Part shown: one piece after another, positions 39,169 to 48,462 of the stretch | How the letters are laid out: each line of letters begins with the position of its first letter | Position numbering within the stretch: the first letter of the stretch is position 1 | DNA from: Candidatus Latescibacterota bacterium | GTDB taxonomy: Bacteria > Latescibacterota > UBA2968 > UBA8231 | Reading direction: 5' to 3' | NCBI GenBank assembly: GCA_965206595.1 | Contig: OZ242214.1 | Location: forward strand, 480,001-544,000 | DNA: 64,000 nt | Notes under the pieces: generated by a model | Database searches by the model: none | What the model was told of the DNA's origin: nothing | What the model saw: the letters and a program-made list of their open reading frames with translations, nothing else | Translations under genes and position numbers: made by a program

Positions 39169-42100
39169 CTATGGTTTTTTCAGCTTGTAGACCCGCATTC
39201 GGGAACGCAGCCGCTCCGGATTCATGCCCAACAAGGCAGCCGCGCCCCTCTTCCCGGAGATGACCCAATTGGTTGCCTTCAGGGCTTCCAGGATTTGCTG
39301 TTCTTCGGACTTGAAGACCGGGCCGGCTTCGTTCTCATCCCCCTGATCGACCGGCGGGGCAGACGCCGGCGGCGAAGATCCGCCTTCGTACAGGTCTTCA
39401 TCCGGAAGCACATCCTCCAGGTCCACGACGTGACTCCGGCACACGATCACCGCCCGCTGCATCACGTGCTCCAGCTCGCGCACGTTCCCCGGCCAGGAAT
39501 GCTCCTGCAAGTGCCTCGACGCCTCGGGACTGAGAACCGGCACCGGCTGCCGCAACTTCCGGGAAAACCGGTTCGCGAAGTAGGCCGCCAGGAACGGGAT
39601 TTCCTCGCGGCGGTTCCGCAGGGGCGGAATTTCTATCGGGAACACGTTCAAGCGGTAGAACAGGTCCTTCCGGAACCCTTGGTCCATGGCCTCCTTCAAA
39701 TCCCGGTTGGTCGCCGCAACCACCCGGACATCCACCGGGACGGGGGTTTCCCCGCCGACGCGGAAAAGGTGTCGATCCTCCAGAACGTGGAGCAGAACCC
39801 TTTGGGCCTCCACAGGCAGGTCCCCGATTTCATCGAGGAACAGGGTGCCCCCGTGCGCCTGTTCGAAGCGGCCTGTCTTCCGTTCTACCGCGTTGGTAAA
39901 GGCGCCCTTTTCATGGCCGAACAGTTCGCTTTCCACCAGCCCGGGGGGCAGGCCCCCGCAATTGACCTCGACAAAGGGGCGCTTCCGCCGCCGGCTCACG
40001 GCGTGAATGTGCTGCGCGAGCACCCCCTTGCCCACCCCGGTCTCGCCCAGGATCAGCACCATCGCATCGGTCCCGGCCACCTGTCCGGCCAGCTCCAGGA
40101 CCCGGGCCATGGCCGGACTGTTTCTGAGCATGTCCTGCTGCGAGATCCACGGCATGTGCTTCAGTGCCTGGACGGGTGCGCTTTCCTCCTCCGCGACCAC
40201 CTGCACCTCCAGGCTGACCGCGTCCGACATCAGGCCGTCGCGGTCCCGGGTGCGCACCTCGAAGCGGAACCGGCCTTCCGGCAGACCGGAGAACGAGACC
40301 GAATCGGCGGAGGTGAATTCGCTCCAGGCTTCCGCCGGGCCATGACCCACGAGCCGGTGGCTGTAGCGCATCTGATCCGCCCCGGTTCGGAAACTGATGC
40401 CTTGAAAGTCGATTCGAAGCTCGCGGGTGCCTGCCGGAAAGGACACGGCCCGGGGGGCCTCGATGAGACGCCCGGCCTCGACCTCGCGGATCACCAGGGC
40501 CGGAGGGGTGCGGTTTGCCTGGTACTCGATGAGCCCCGCCCGCGTCCCGAACCACAGCCGGCCGTCGCTGGCGCGCAGGATGTCCTCGACCACGTTCTCG
40601 AGGCTGGCGTTCCCCAGGCGAAGGGTCTGGAAAGCATGCCCGTCGTACTTCATCACGCCCCCCCCCGCTCGTGCCGACCCACAGGCAGTCCTGCTCCGGG
40701 TCGGCCAGCAGGGAGAGAATGCCGTTTACCGACAAGTCCCCCTGGTCCACGGTAAACCGGCGAACTTGCCCGGCGGTGAAATCAAGGAAGAACAGGCCGC
40801 TGTTGGTTTGTGCCCACCCAGAGCCTGTCTTCGTGCTCGCACAGGGCAGTCACTTGAGATACGGCCTCCAACCCGGCCATGGCCGGCGGCTGCAAGCGGC
40901 CGTCCTCGTACCGGTACAGCGCCGGGGCGGGCCCCCCGGTGCCGATCCAGAAGGCGCCGTCCCGGGCCGGCAGCACGGCGCGGCACTCGTGGGGCAGCCC
41001 TTCTGCCAACGGGTTGAACCGGTCGGCTTCCAACCACCCAAGGCGCCCCAGGGAGGTGCCGGCCCATACACGCCCGCGGCCGTCCGCGCACAGGGCCGTG
41101 ACCTCTTCCCCGGAGCCGGTTTCGGCCACCTCGATCGCTCGGGATTCCTTTCCCGTCCATTTGAATACCTTGCCCTCGGGGCCACCCCAGACCGGCTCCG
41201 GCCCGTCCGCCTCCAGCGCCGAGACTACATGCCCGGTCTCCACCGTACGGATGCGGTCGTCTTCCCGGCAGGCCAGACCCCCCATGGTGCCGATCCACAG
41301 CCGCCCCGTCCCGTCTTCGTCCAGGCACCGGACCTCGTTGTCCGGCAGACCGTCGGCTTCCGTGTACAATTGCACGCTGACCGGATCGCAGAAGAGCAGC
41401 CCCCCGCCCCACAGTCCGATCCAGATGTTGCCCTCGCGGTCCTCGCAGGTCAGCCGCGTGTCCGAGAAATGGGTGCCCTGCAAGCGGGCCGAAAACGGAT
41501 GCCAGGCCTGCCCGTCGTACACCAGAACCCCCCGGCGAGCCATCCACAGCCAGCCCCTGTCGTCCTGGCGCACATGCCGCGTGCCGTGCTGGACGACTTC
41601 ACCGCTTTCGACCTCATGGTCCACCTCGATCAGGTCGAGCTGTTGGCGCTCGGGATCGTAGCGGCCGATAACGGCTTCGCTGCCGACGTAGCGGAAGCCG
41701 ATCCACAGACCGCCGGAGGCGTCCGGGGCGAACTTCCAGGGCCACTGCATGGCGGTTTCCCCGGTGCCCAGGTGCCCGTTCATGGGCTGACCTTCCAGAT
41801 CGATGATCCCCCGCTCCCGCGACGCCAGCCAGGTAGTACCCCCCGCGTCGGTGGCCATGTCGTACACCGCACCGAGGGGTTGGTCAGCAAGGTCGGTCAC
41901 AGACTCCAGGCACCGCCCCTCGACAAAGCGGGCGATCCCGTTCCCGGTCAGCACCTGTACCGAGCCGTCCGCCTGGGGGTGCAGGCTCAATATGTCGTTG
42001 GAGGGCAGTCCGTCCGCGGTGGTGTACACCTGAAACCCCTGCCCGTCGAAGGCGGCCAGACCGCCCCCGAGAGTCCCGAACAGCAGGCGCCCGTCCTCGT

Positions 42101-42297
42101 CCTCGGCAATGGTCATCGCGTTGAGGTGGGGAAGCCCGTTCGAGGGGCCGAAGGTCTCGAACCGGGCCCCGTCGAAGCGGCTGACCCCGCCGTCGGCGGT
42201 GGCCACCCACAGGAGCCCCCGGCGGTCCTGGTATATGTCTTCCACGTGCATCCACGTGCATCAGCCCGCCGTTCCGGGAGCCGGAAGGAGGGGTCAC
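39169..42297 (-). pseudogene. Sigma-54 activator: two-component-regulator propeller + Y_Y_Y + AAA+ + HTH, with three frameshifts
   Basis: QDRRGLLW/DGLP repeats; GETGVGK, ESELFGHEKGAFTNA, LDEIG, WPGNVREL; lesions at 42241-42260, about 40805 and 40658-40666. Confidence 0.85.
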
Positions 42298-42548
42298 GGG
42301 GTTGGGGACCTTGGCTCATTTTCATTTTCGACTTCGTTCTCTTTTGGGGAAGCAAGGAGGTGGGGATCGCTGATCGATGGCGGTACCTGCATAAGATGAA
42401 AGGAAGCGGGAAGCAAACGGTTCCGGCCCGCCCGCTCGGGGAAATCGTGAAGTTGTATTTAATACAACGAGACTCGGGGGAAGCCGATGGCGACAAGGAC
42501 GGGCCGAAGGCGGAAAAAAATAAAATGTGCTTCTATAAGCCCGAAGAT

Positions 42549-42561
42549 AAACAACAGGTTA
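42549..42561 (+). promoter_or_regulatory. Possible IHF site
   Basis: AAACAACAGGTTA, one mismatch to WATCAANNNNTTR, just upstream of the sigma-54 box. Confidence 0.4.
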
Positions 42562-42600
42562 TGTCCAACAGGAACAAATTGATGGAGCCGCGGCCATGTA

Positions 42601-42617
42601 CAGGCACCCCTTTTGCT
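42601..42617 (+). promoter_or_regulatory. Sigma-54 (-24/-12) promoter
   Basis: CAGGCACCCCTTTTGCT: GG-N10-GC; divergent from a sigma-54 activator gene. Confidence 0.75.
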
Positions 42618-42677
42618 TTTTCTCTGGGTGAACCGGGGTAGCGAACAGACGCGACCCCAAAAACAAAGGAGGCCGCA

Positions 42678-42929
42678 ATGAGAAATCGGTTGAAGCAGAG
42701 CATGAAGGCCGTCCTCGCCATCCTGGCGGGCGCCCTGCTGACCACCGGAGGTTTGTCCTGGGTGGAGGCCGACTCGCAGGCCGGTTGGCACCACGACCAC
42801 ACCGTGTACGCCTTCACGAACAGCGAGGCGAACGGAAAATGCAGCTATAGCTGCTCCCAGGCTGGGCATTCCAAGTACGATGCTACCAACATCGGCCCGG
42901 GGACTTGGTTGTGCGAGTGCAAGGACTGA
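42678..42929 (+). CDS. Small secreted Cys-rich peptide, defensin-like CxxxC/CxC
   Basis: RBS AAGGAGG; signal peptide; CSYSC...CEC. Confidence 0.75.
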   Translation: MRNRLKQSMKAVLAILAGALLTTGGLSWVEADSQAGWHHDHTVYAFTNSEANGKCSYSCSQAGHSKYDATNIGPGTWLCECKD

Positions 42930-42964
42930 GCATCCTGCGGCGCTTTCGCTGACGAGGCACTCAC

Positions 42965-43013
42965 GGACGAGGGTTCCGTCCCCTTCAGGGGGTGGGCCCT
43001 CGTCCTTATTCTT
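42965..43013 (+). terminator. Stem-loop terminator or mRNA stabiliser
   Basis: GGACGAGGGTTC...GGCCCTCGTCC followed by TTATTCTT. Confidence 0.6.
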
Positions 43014-43114
43014 CCTGAAGAGGAGGCCCTGTACCCGTTCAGGATTCAGAAAATCGAAAGGGAACGGGGAAAGCCCTGTCGAGCCCATGTCGGGCGACCA
43101 GAAGGAGGAGACAG

Positions 43115-44116
43115 ATGGTCCCTGTGTGCATCCGGAATCAGTGGAGCATGGCCCTCGGCCTGCTCGTCGGCTCGGCCCTGTGGGCCGGCCTGCCTGCCCG
43201 GGCAGAAGCCCACGTCGGCAGTCGAGTCTTCCCTGTCCCCGAGCTGACCGACGAGATGCTGGAACAGATTCAGCTCGACGGCTATGTGTACGAAGAGTGG
43301 TTCGATCAGATCGGCGAACCTGCCCTGACCTCGGTGGATTTCCTGAATACCGGGAAAGAACCACATGATCCGGCCGACCTGGACTTCCGCATCTGGCTGG
43401 CCTGGCACGATGAGCCGGCTCGCCTCTATGTGGCCTTCGTGGCTGCCGATGACAGTTACTGGAATACTTTTAGCTGGGAGGGGTCTGGTACCCCAGGAAA
43501 CATGATGGCCGGTTATCGAGGTGGTAACGACGGCATTGCCCTTGGAGTCGACGGAGATCACAGCGGTGGTCCCGGGTTTGCAGGATGGATGGGGCGGGAT
43601 AGAATCGCGGAGAGTAGGGGGAATGCGCAGGCATATCATGCCATTTCCCGCACTCCTGATGGACCGATCCTGGATGACCCGAAGTCCAGACACGTGGGTG
43701 GGGTCTCCTCCTGGATGACCCTGCCCCCCTACGCGGAGGCCGCCGGCGCCGTAGTCGGGGAAGCGCCCGTCTTCTGGTCGATCGAGCTGTACGTCACGCC
43801 GTTCGACCACAGGGAAGACCTGATCAGTCCCGAGGGGTCCGTGGTGAGCGATCTGAGCGCGGGACAGATCATCGGCTTCGCGATTGGCGTGTACGAGAAT
43901 GACGCGGGGGATCCTCATGAGCAGTTGGCGGTGTTGGCACCGGAAGCGCATGCCACGGGTTCCGATAGTGAAATTCTCGACGACGTAATTAATTCTGTCG
44001 CCGACAACTTCCTCGATGGGCTGCTGCTGCCGGCCAACGCGGCCGGACCGGTGGAAAACAGCGCCGTCGAGTCGGTTTCCTGGGGGCGGATCAAGGCCTC
44101 CCTGGAGATGGAGTAG
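43115..44116 (+). CDS. Secreted CBM9/DOMON-like protein with SWGRIK C-terminus, copy 1
   Basis: Signal peptide (ARAEA), LYVAF, DGDHSGG, IELYVTPFD, IIGFAI. Confidence 0.75.
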   Translation: MVPVCIRNQWSMALGLLVGSALWAGLPARAEAHVGSRVFPVPELTDEMLEQIQLDGYVYEEWFDQIGEPALTSVDFLNTGKEPHDPADLDFRIWLAWHDEPARLYVAFVAADDSYWNTFSWEGSGTPGNMMAGYRGGNDGIALGVDGDHSGGPGFAGWMGRDRIAESRGNAQAYHAISRTPDGPILDDPKSRHVGGVSSWMTLPPYAEAAGAVVGEAPVFWSIELYVTPFDHREDLISPEGSVVSDLSAGQIIGFAIGVYENDAGDPHEQLAVLAPEAHATGSDSEILDDVINSVADNFLDGLLLPANAAGPVENSAVESVSWGRIKASLEME

Positions 44117-44188
44117 TCCGCGTACGGCGTCACCCTGCGGGCGCCTTCCCTGTCGAGCCCATGTCGGGCGACCAGAAGGAGGAGACAG

Positions 44189-45160
44189 ATGGTCCCTGTG
44201 TGCATCCGGAATCAGTGGAGTTTTGCCCTCGGCCTGCTCGTCGGGTCGGCCCTGTGGGCTGGCCTGTCTGCCCGGGCAGAAGCCCATGTCGGCGGTCGAG
44301 TCTTCCCGATCCCCGAGCTGACCGACGAGATGCTGGAACAGATCCAGCTCGACGACGGTTCGGTGGCCGAGTGGTTCGATCTCGTGGACGAACCCACCAT
44401 GTCCCTGGTGGATTTCAGATGGTACGGCCATATACCTGACCCCTCTGACCTGGACTTCCGCATCTGGCTGGCTTGGCACGATGAGCCGGATCGGCTCTAT
44501 GTCGCGTTCACGGCCAGCGACGACGCGCACCTCATATATGATGGAGATACTGAATACTATTTGGGCGAACCCGAACTTATCCTGGCTATCGACGGAGATC
44601 ACAGCGGCGGGGGGAGTGGTTTGGAATCCTGGGAAGCAGGGGATTATTGGGGGAACGCGCAGCAATACGGGGCAATTGCCCGTACGGCCGACGGCCGCAC
44701 TGCGTTGTTCGGCCATTTAAAGACCGGCTTGAGTGGCGGGTACACGACAACTAACAGGTATGATTCCTGGATGTTCTTTCCTCCCTACGGAGACGCAGGC
44801 GGTGACGTCGTCTGGGGAAACCCGATCATCAGGGTAATCGAGCTGTACGTCACTCCATACGACGGTTGGCAGGGAATCGACAGTCGGCCTGAAGACGTCG
44901 TGGTCAGCGATCTGACCGCAGGAGAGGTCATCGGCTTTGCGATCCTCGTGGGCGAAAGAGATGACGAATACAGCCGGGGCACCTTGACGCCTGAAGCAGT
45001 CCAGACGGAAGACCCGGAACTGGACATACTGTCCCATTACCGGGCGGATGTCTACCTGGACGGGCTGCTGCTGCCGGCCACCGCGGCCGGACCGGTGGAA
45101 GACAGCGCGGTCGAGTCGGTTTCCTGGGGGCGGATCAAGGCTTCGCTGGAGTTCGAATAG
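44189..45160 (+). CDS. Secreted CBM9/DOMON-like protein with SWGRIK C-terminus, copy 2
   Basis: Tandem paralog offset by 1074 bp, with the same 5' leader. Confidence 0.75.
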   Translation: MVPVCIRNQWSFALGLLVGSALWAGLSARAEAHVGGRVFPIPELTDEMLEQIQLDDGSVAEWFDLVDEPTMSLVDFRWYGHIPDPSDLDFRIWLAWHDEPDRLYVAFTASDDAHLIYDGDTEYYLGEPELILAIDGDHSGGGSGLESWEAGDYWGNAQQYGAIARTADGRTALFGHLKTGLSGGYTTTNRYDSWMFFPPYGDAGGDVVWGNPIIRVIELYVTPYDGWQGIDSRPEDVVVSDLTAGEVIGFAILVGERDDEYSRGTLTPEAVQTEDPELDILSHYRADVYLDGLLLPATAAGPVEDSAVESVSWGRIKASLEFE

Positions 45161-45404
45161 CCGTACCGCCATCCCCTTCGTCCGCGGTTCATTTGTGCCC
45201 GACGAATTCTTCAGCCGCGGAACCAATCGCCCAACTCTCCATCGACGACGAATGGCTCGATAACCCGATCATCCTGCCCCAGGGCCAAGTCTGGGGCAGG
45301 CCCCAAGACCACGACGCCTGTCAGGAACAGCTCTTCCTCCCCGCCTGGCGCCGCGCTGCCGTCGACGGCCGGGTCTGCTTCGGGGCCGGACCGCGCCCGT
45401 ACGT

Positions 45405-46958
45405 TCACGAGCCCGGCGAGTCGACGAACTGGAACGCGTACAGCTTGCAGTCGCGCATGACGAAGCGGATCCGGACCGGTTTTCCCGATAACGCGCCGAC
45501 ATCCTCGCTTTTCCCCCAGCGCACCGGCATGCGCACCGAGTTGCCGCAGATCCAGGATGCATCCTCCTCCGTGTAGCCGCTGAGCGGCCGGCCCTCCGCA
45601 TCCTGAAGCTCCACGCGCACGGCGCCGCCCCCTCCGGTGTCGAGGTTCAGCTCCAGACGCTGGCCCTCGAAGCGGACAACCGGCGTGACGATTTCGCCGC
45701 CGCCGTAGCCCGCATCCGCCGATACGAACCCGTCCAAGCGAAGAATGGCGCGGCCGATGCCGGAAAGGTGGCCCTTGCCCGCCGGGTCGAGGAGGCCGTC
45801 GTGGTCCCGGTTGGTGCCGCTGAAGTAGATCCAGATTTCGTCACCCATCCGCACCGGATGCGGCATGCCCCAGATCATGCGTGAGGAGAAACTGCCTTCC
45901 GGCCCCGGGCTCAGGAAGGGCCGGCGTCCGCCGCAGCGCTGGAAGTTCACTCCGTCGCGGCTCACCGACAGACGCACGTCGAAGCGGCTTGGGCCGTGGA
46001 TCTGCTGCGTCTCGGTGCGCACGACATCCAGGTCGTCGCGGACTGTGGTCACCACCGGCTCGCGGTTGAACCAGTACCAATTGGCGTTGGCGAACATGAC
46101 GTACACGCCGTCGGGGTCCGGGTACTTGAACACGGCGGCGCCGTAGTAGTCCATCGGCACCCTGCCGTAGGGTTTTTCCGGCGCCGTGGGATCCAGCGGG
46201 GGGCCGGTCTCGTATGTCGCCAGGTCTACCTCGTCCGGCCACATGACCGTCTTCTGGTTGTCCCAGTTGACGAGATCGTCGGACTCGAGCCTTCTGACCG
46301 TCCGGTAGTTCTCGTTTCCCTGAGCGGTGGTGTGGCGTTTTGCGACCCAGCGGCGGGTGTAGAGGACGTAGCGACCGATGGCCGGATCCCGGAAAATGAT
46401 GCTCTGCGTATCCCAGCCGCCCCGGTGCGGGAGCTGTATGCGGCGAAGGAATTTCCAGTGGATGCCGTCCGGCGAGCCGTGCATGTGGAACTGCATCGCC
46501 ACTTCGGGATTGTAGACCTTCGACTGGTTCTTGTAGCGCTCTTCCGCCGGGGCATTGGGGTCGATCCAGACCGAGCTGCCGCCGAGCTTGCTCGGGAGGA
46601 CGATGTTGTTGACGGTCGACCCGCCCTCGTCGATGAGGTTCAACTCCGGCTTGTGGAAGTGGATGCCGTCCGTCGATTCGGCATAGCCGACGTAGGCCTG
46701 GTCGAGGCTGAGCTCGGAATCCTCCCTGGCCCTGCGCACGTGGTACCACATCCGGACGCGGCCGTCATCTTCTCCCAACACGCTGCTGTAGATGCCGAAG
46801 CTCGTGTCGGACGGGTCCTCCCACGGGGCGTCGACGGTCACCACCGGCTCCGGGGCCTGGTAGGGTGGATTCATCGCCAGCTCCACTCCGTTGCCGGTGG
46901 CGATGAAGCGGTCGTCGACGAAAAGCTGCTTGCTCGATCCGATATCTATCGGCTTCAT
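45405..46958 (-). CDS. Five-bladed propeller glycosidase-like protein
   Basis: KQLFVDD, YAESTDGIHF, SPDGIHW, LRLDGFVS, KLYAFQF. Confidence 0.75.
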   Translation of the reverse strand: MKPIDIGSSKQLFVDDRFIATGNGVELAMNPPYQAPEPVVTVDAPWEDPSDTSFGIYSSVLGEDDGRVRMWYHVRRAREDSELSLDQAYVGYAESTDGIHFHKPELNLIDEGGSTVNNIVLPSKLGGSSVWIDPNAPAEERYKNQSKVYNPEVAMQFHMHGSPDGIHWKFLRRIQLPHRGGWDTQSIIFRDPAIGRYVLYTRRWVAKRHTTAQGNENYRTVRRLESDDLVNWDNQKTVMWPDEVDLATYETGPPLDPTAPEKPYGRVPMDYYGAAVFKYPDPDGVYVMFANANWYWFNREPVVTTVRDDLDVVRTETQQIHGPSRFDVRLSVSRDGVNFQRCGGRRPFLSPGPEGSFSSRMIWGMPHPVRMGDEIWIYFSGTNRDHDGLLDPAGKGHLSGIGRAILRLDGFVSADAGYGGGEIVTPVVRFEGQRLELNLDTGGGGAVRVELQDAEGRPLSGYTEEDASWICGNSVRMPVRWGKSEDVGALSGKPVRIRFVMRDCKLYAFQFVDSPGS

Positions 46959-47078
46959 GATGCCCTCGTTGCAGACCCGCGGTTTGCGCCCTCCCGCGGG
47001 TTTCGCCCGCGCGCGGTTTGTCTATCATTGACGGTTTGCAATCGGGGGCGAATCTATGAGAGCTGAACCAATACACCT

Positions 47079-48230
47079 ATGAACCATTCCGTGTTGTACC
47101 GGGACGACGCCCGGTATTCCAGCTTCCCGACCGTGGTAAAGGGAGACCGCGACGAGCTCTGGGTCGGTTTCCACTGGAACTCCCACACGCCGCTGGGGCG
47201 CGGCGTCGAAGGTGCGGCGCACTCTCATTCAGGCGGTCTGGCGGGAGGCGCGACCGGTCACGTGGAGCTGTTCTCTCCGGACGGCGGGGACAACTGGTTC
47301 GAGGAGGGGAAGGACGGCCGCTACCGCGAATGCCCGGAGGCGCTGAGAAGCGCCGTGCTGAGCGACGGCACCCAGGTAAGGATCTCCAGGCCCGTCAACG
47401 CGTACCCGCCCGGGCGCAGGGAGGAGTTCGCGCGGCGAGGTTTTGCGGTTGAGGATTTTCCCGAACGCATCCACGTGGAGCACAGCCTGCGGATGTCGCG
47501 CAAGCGGCCGGGAGAAAGCGGTTGGGAACACCGCCTGCTCAGGAGCGGCGAAGAGCTGCCGTTCTTCGCCCTGGTCCGCAACGGGACCGACCTGAAGAGC
47601 TGCGTTCTCGCCGACGATACCATCGTAAACCAGGTGTACGGCAGCGCCGCGGCAGGCGATCCGTTCCGGGCCTGGGTGCTGCGCTCCGAAGACGGCGGCG
47701 ACACCTGGGAGATGGTGACGATGGCGTACGACGGCGGCGAGCATCCGTTCAACGAGAGCAGCCTCCTGGCGCTGCCGGGCGGACGCATCGTGGCGATGGT
47801 GCGCACGGCAAGCGGCAGCAAACGCATTCCTCATGAAGAGAAGTACCTGTTCCGGACGCACTCGGACGATGGCGGCAGAACCTGGAGCGAGATCAGAAAT
47901 ACCGGATTGTGGGGGTATCCTCCGCACCTGCTGCTGCTGAGCAGCGGCGACGTCCTCTGCAGCTACGGGTACCGGCGGGCTCCGTACGGGGTGCGGGCCT
48001 GCCTGTCCCGCGACGGCTGCGAAACGTGGGAAATTGCGGACGAGATCGTGTTGCGCGACGACGGTCTCACCACCGACGGGAGGGAGGCGGGGAAGGGAAC
48101 ATCCGCTGACCTGGGTTATCCGCGAACAGTCGAGCTTTCGGACGGGTCGCTGTTCACCGTGTACTACATGACCCTCGGCGACAGCGTAACTCACGTGGCG
48201 GCTACCCGGTGGGCCCTGCATCTGGCGTAG
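47079..48230 (+). CDS. Sialidase/BNR-repeat protein
   Basis: YSSFP, SEDGGDTW, SDDGGRTW, YGYRRAPYGVRA, DLGYP. Confidence 0.85.
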   Translation: MNHSVLYRDDARYSSFPTVVKGDRDELWVGFHWNSHTPLGRGVEGAAHSHSGGLAGGATGHVELFSPDGGDNWFEEGKDGRYRECPEALRSAVLSDGTQVRISRPVNAYPPGRREEFARRGFAVEDFPERIHVEHSLRMSRKRPGESGWEHRLLRSGEELPFFALVRNGTDLKSCVLADDTIVNQVYGSAAAGDPFRAWVLRSEDGGDTWEMVTMAYDGGEHPFNESSLLALPGGRIVAMVRTASGSKRIPHEEKYLFRTHSDDGGRTWSEIRNTGLWGYPPHLLLLSSGDVLCSYGYRRAPYGVRACLSRDGCETWEIADEIVLRDDGLTTDGREAGKGTSADLGYPRTVELSDGSLFTVYYMTLGDSVTHVAATRWALHLA

Positions 48231-48267
48231 GCGGCCCCTTCGAGCAGGGCGCGAGCCGCATTCGCAA

Positions 48268-48427
48268 GTGCCTGCGGGCGAAAGTAAGCGTACGAACGAG
48301 GGCACCGATGGCGCCCGGCTCGCAAGGCGCCTGCGAGTCGTACCGGGGATGTACGGAGAGCGAAGGCAACGCCGCGAGCCGGGATGCATCGTCGGCCGGA
48401 TGCACGCGGAACTGCGCTCGCAGGTAC
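48268..48427. repeat. MITE-like intergenic element sharing a core with 8234-8471
   Basis: Imperfect IR GTGCCTGCGGGCG / CGCTCGCAGGTAC; core GCCCGGCTCGCAAGGCGCCTG..GAGTCGTACCGGGG..GGCAACGCCGCGAG. Confidence 0.7.
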
Positions 48428-48462
48428 CAGGCTTTTCCCAACAGGCCGTGGGCGGGAACGCC

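Noticed and set aside
48268-48462. N-terminal extension of PhyH
   Set aside because: Read-through of the MITE-like repeat
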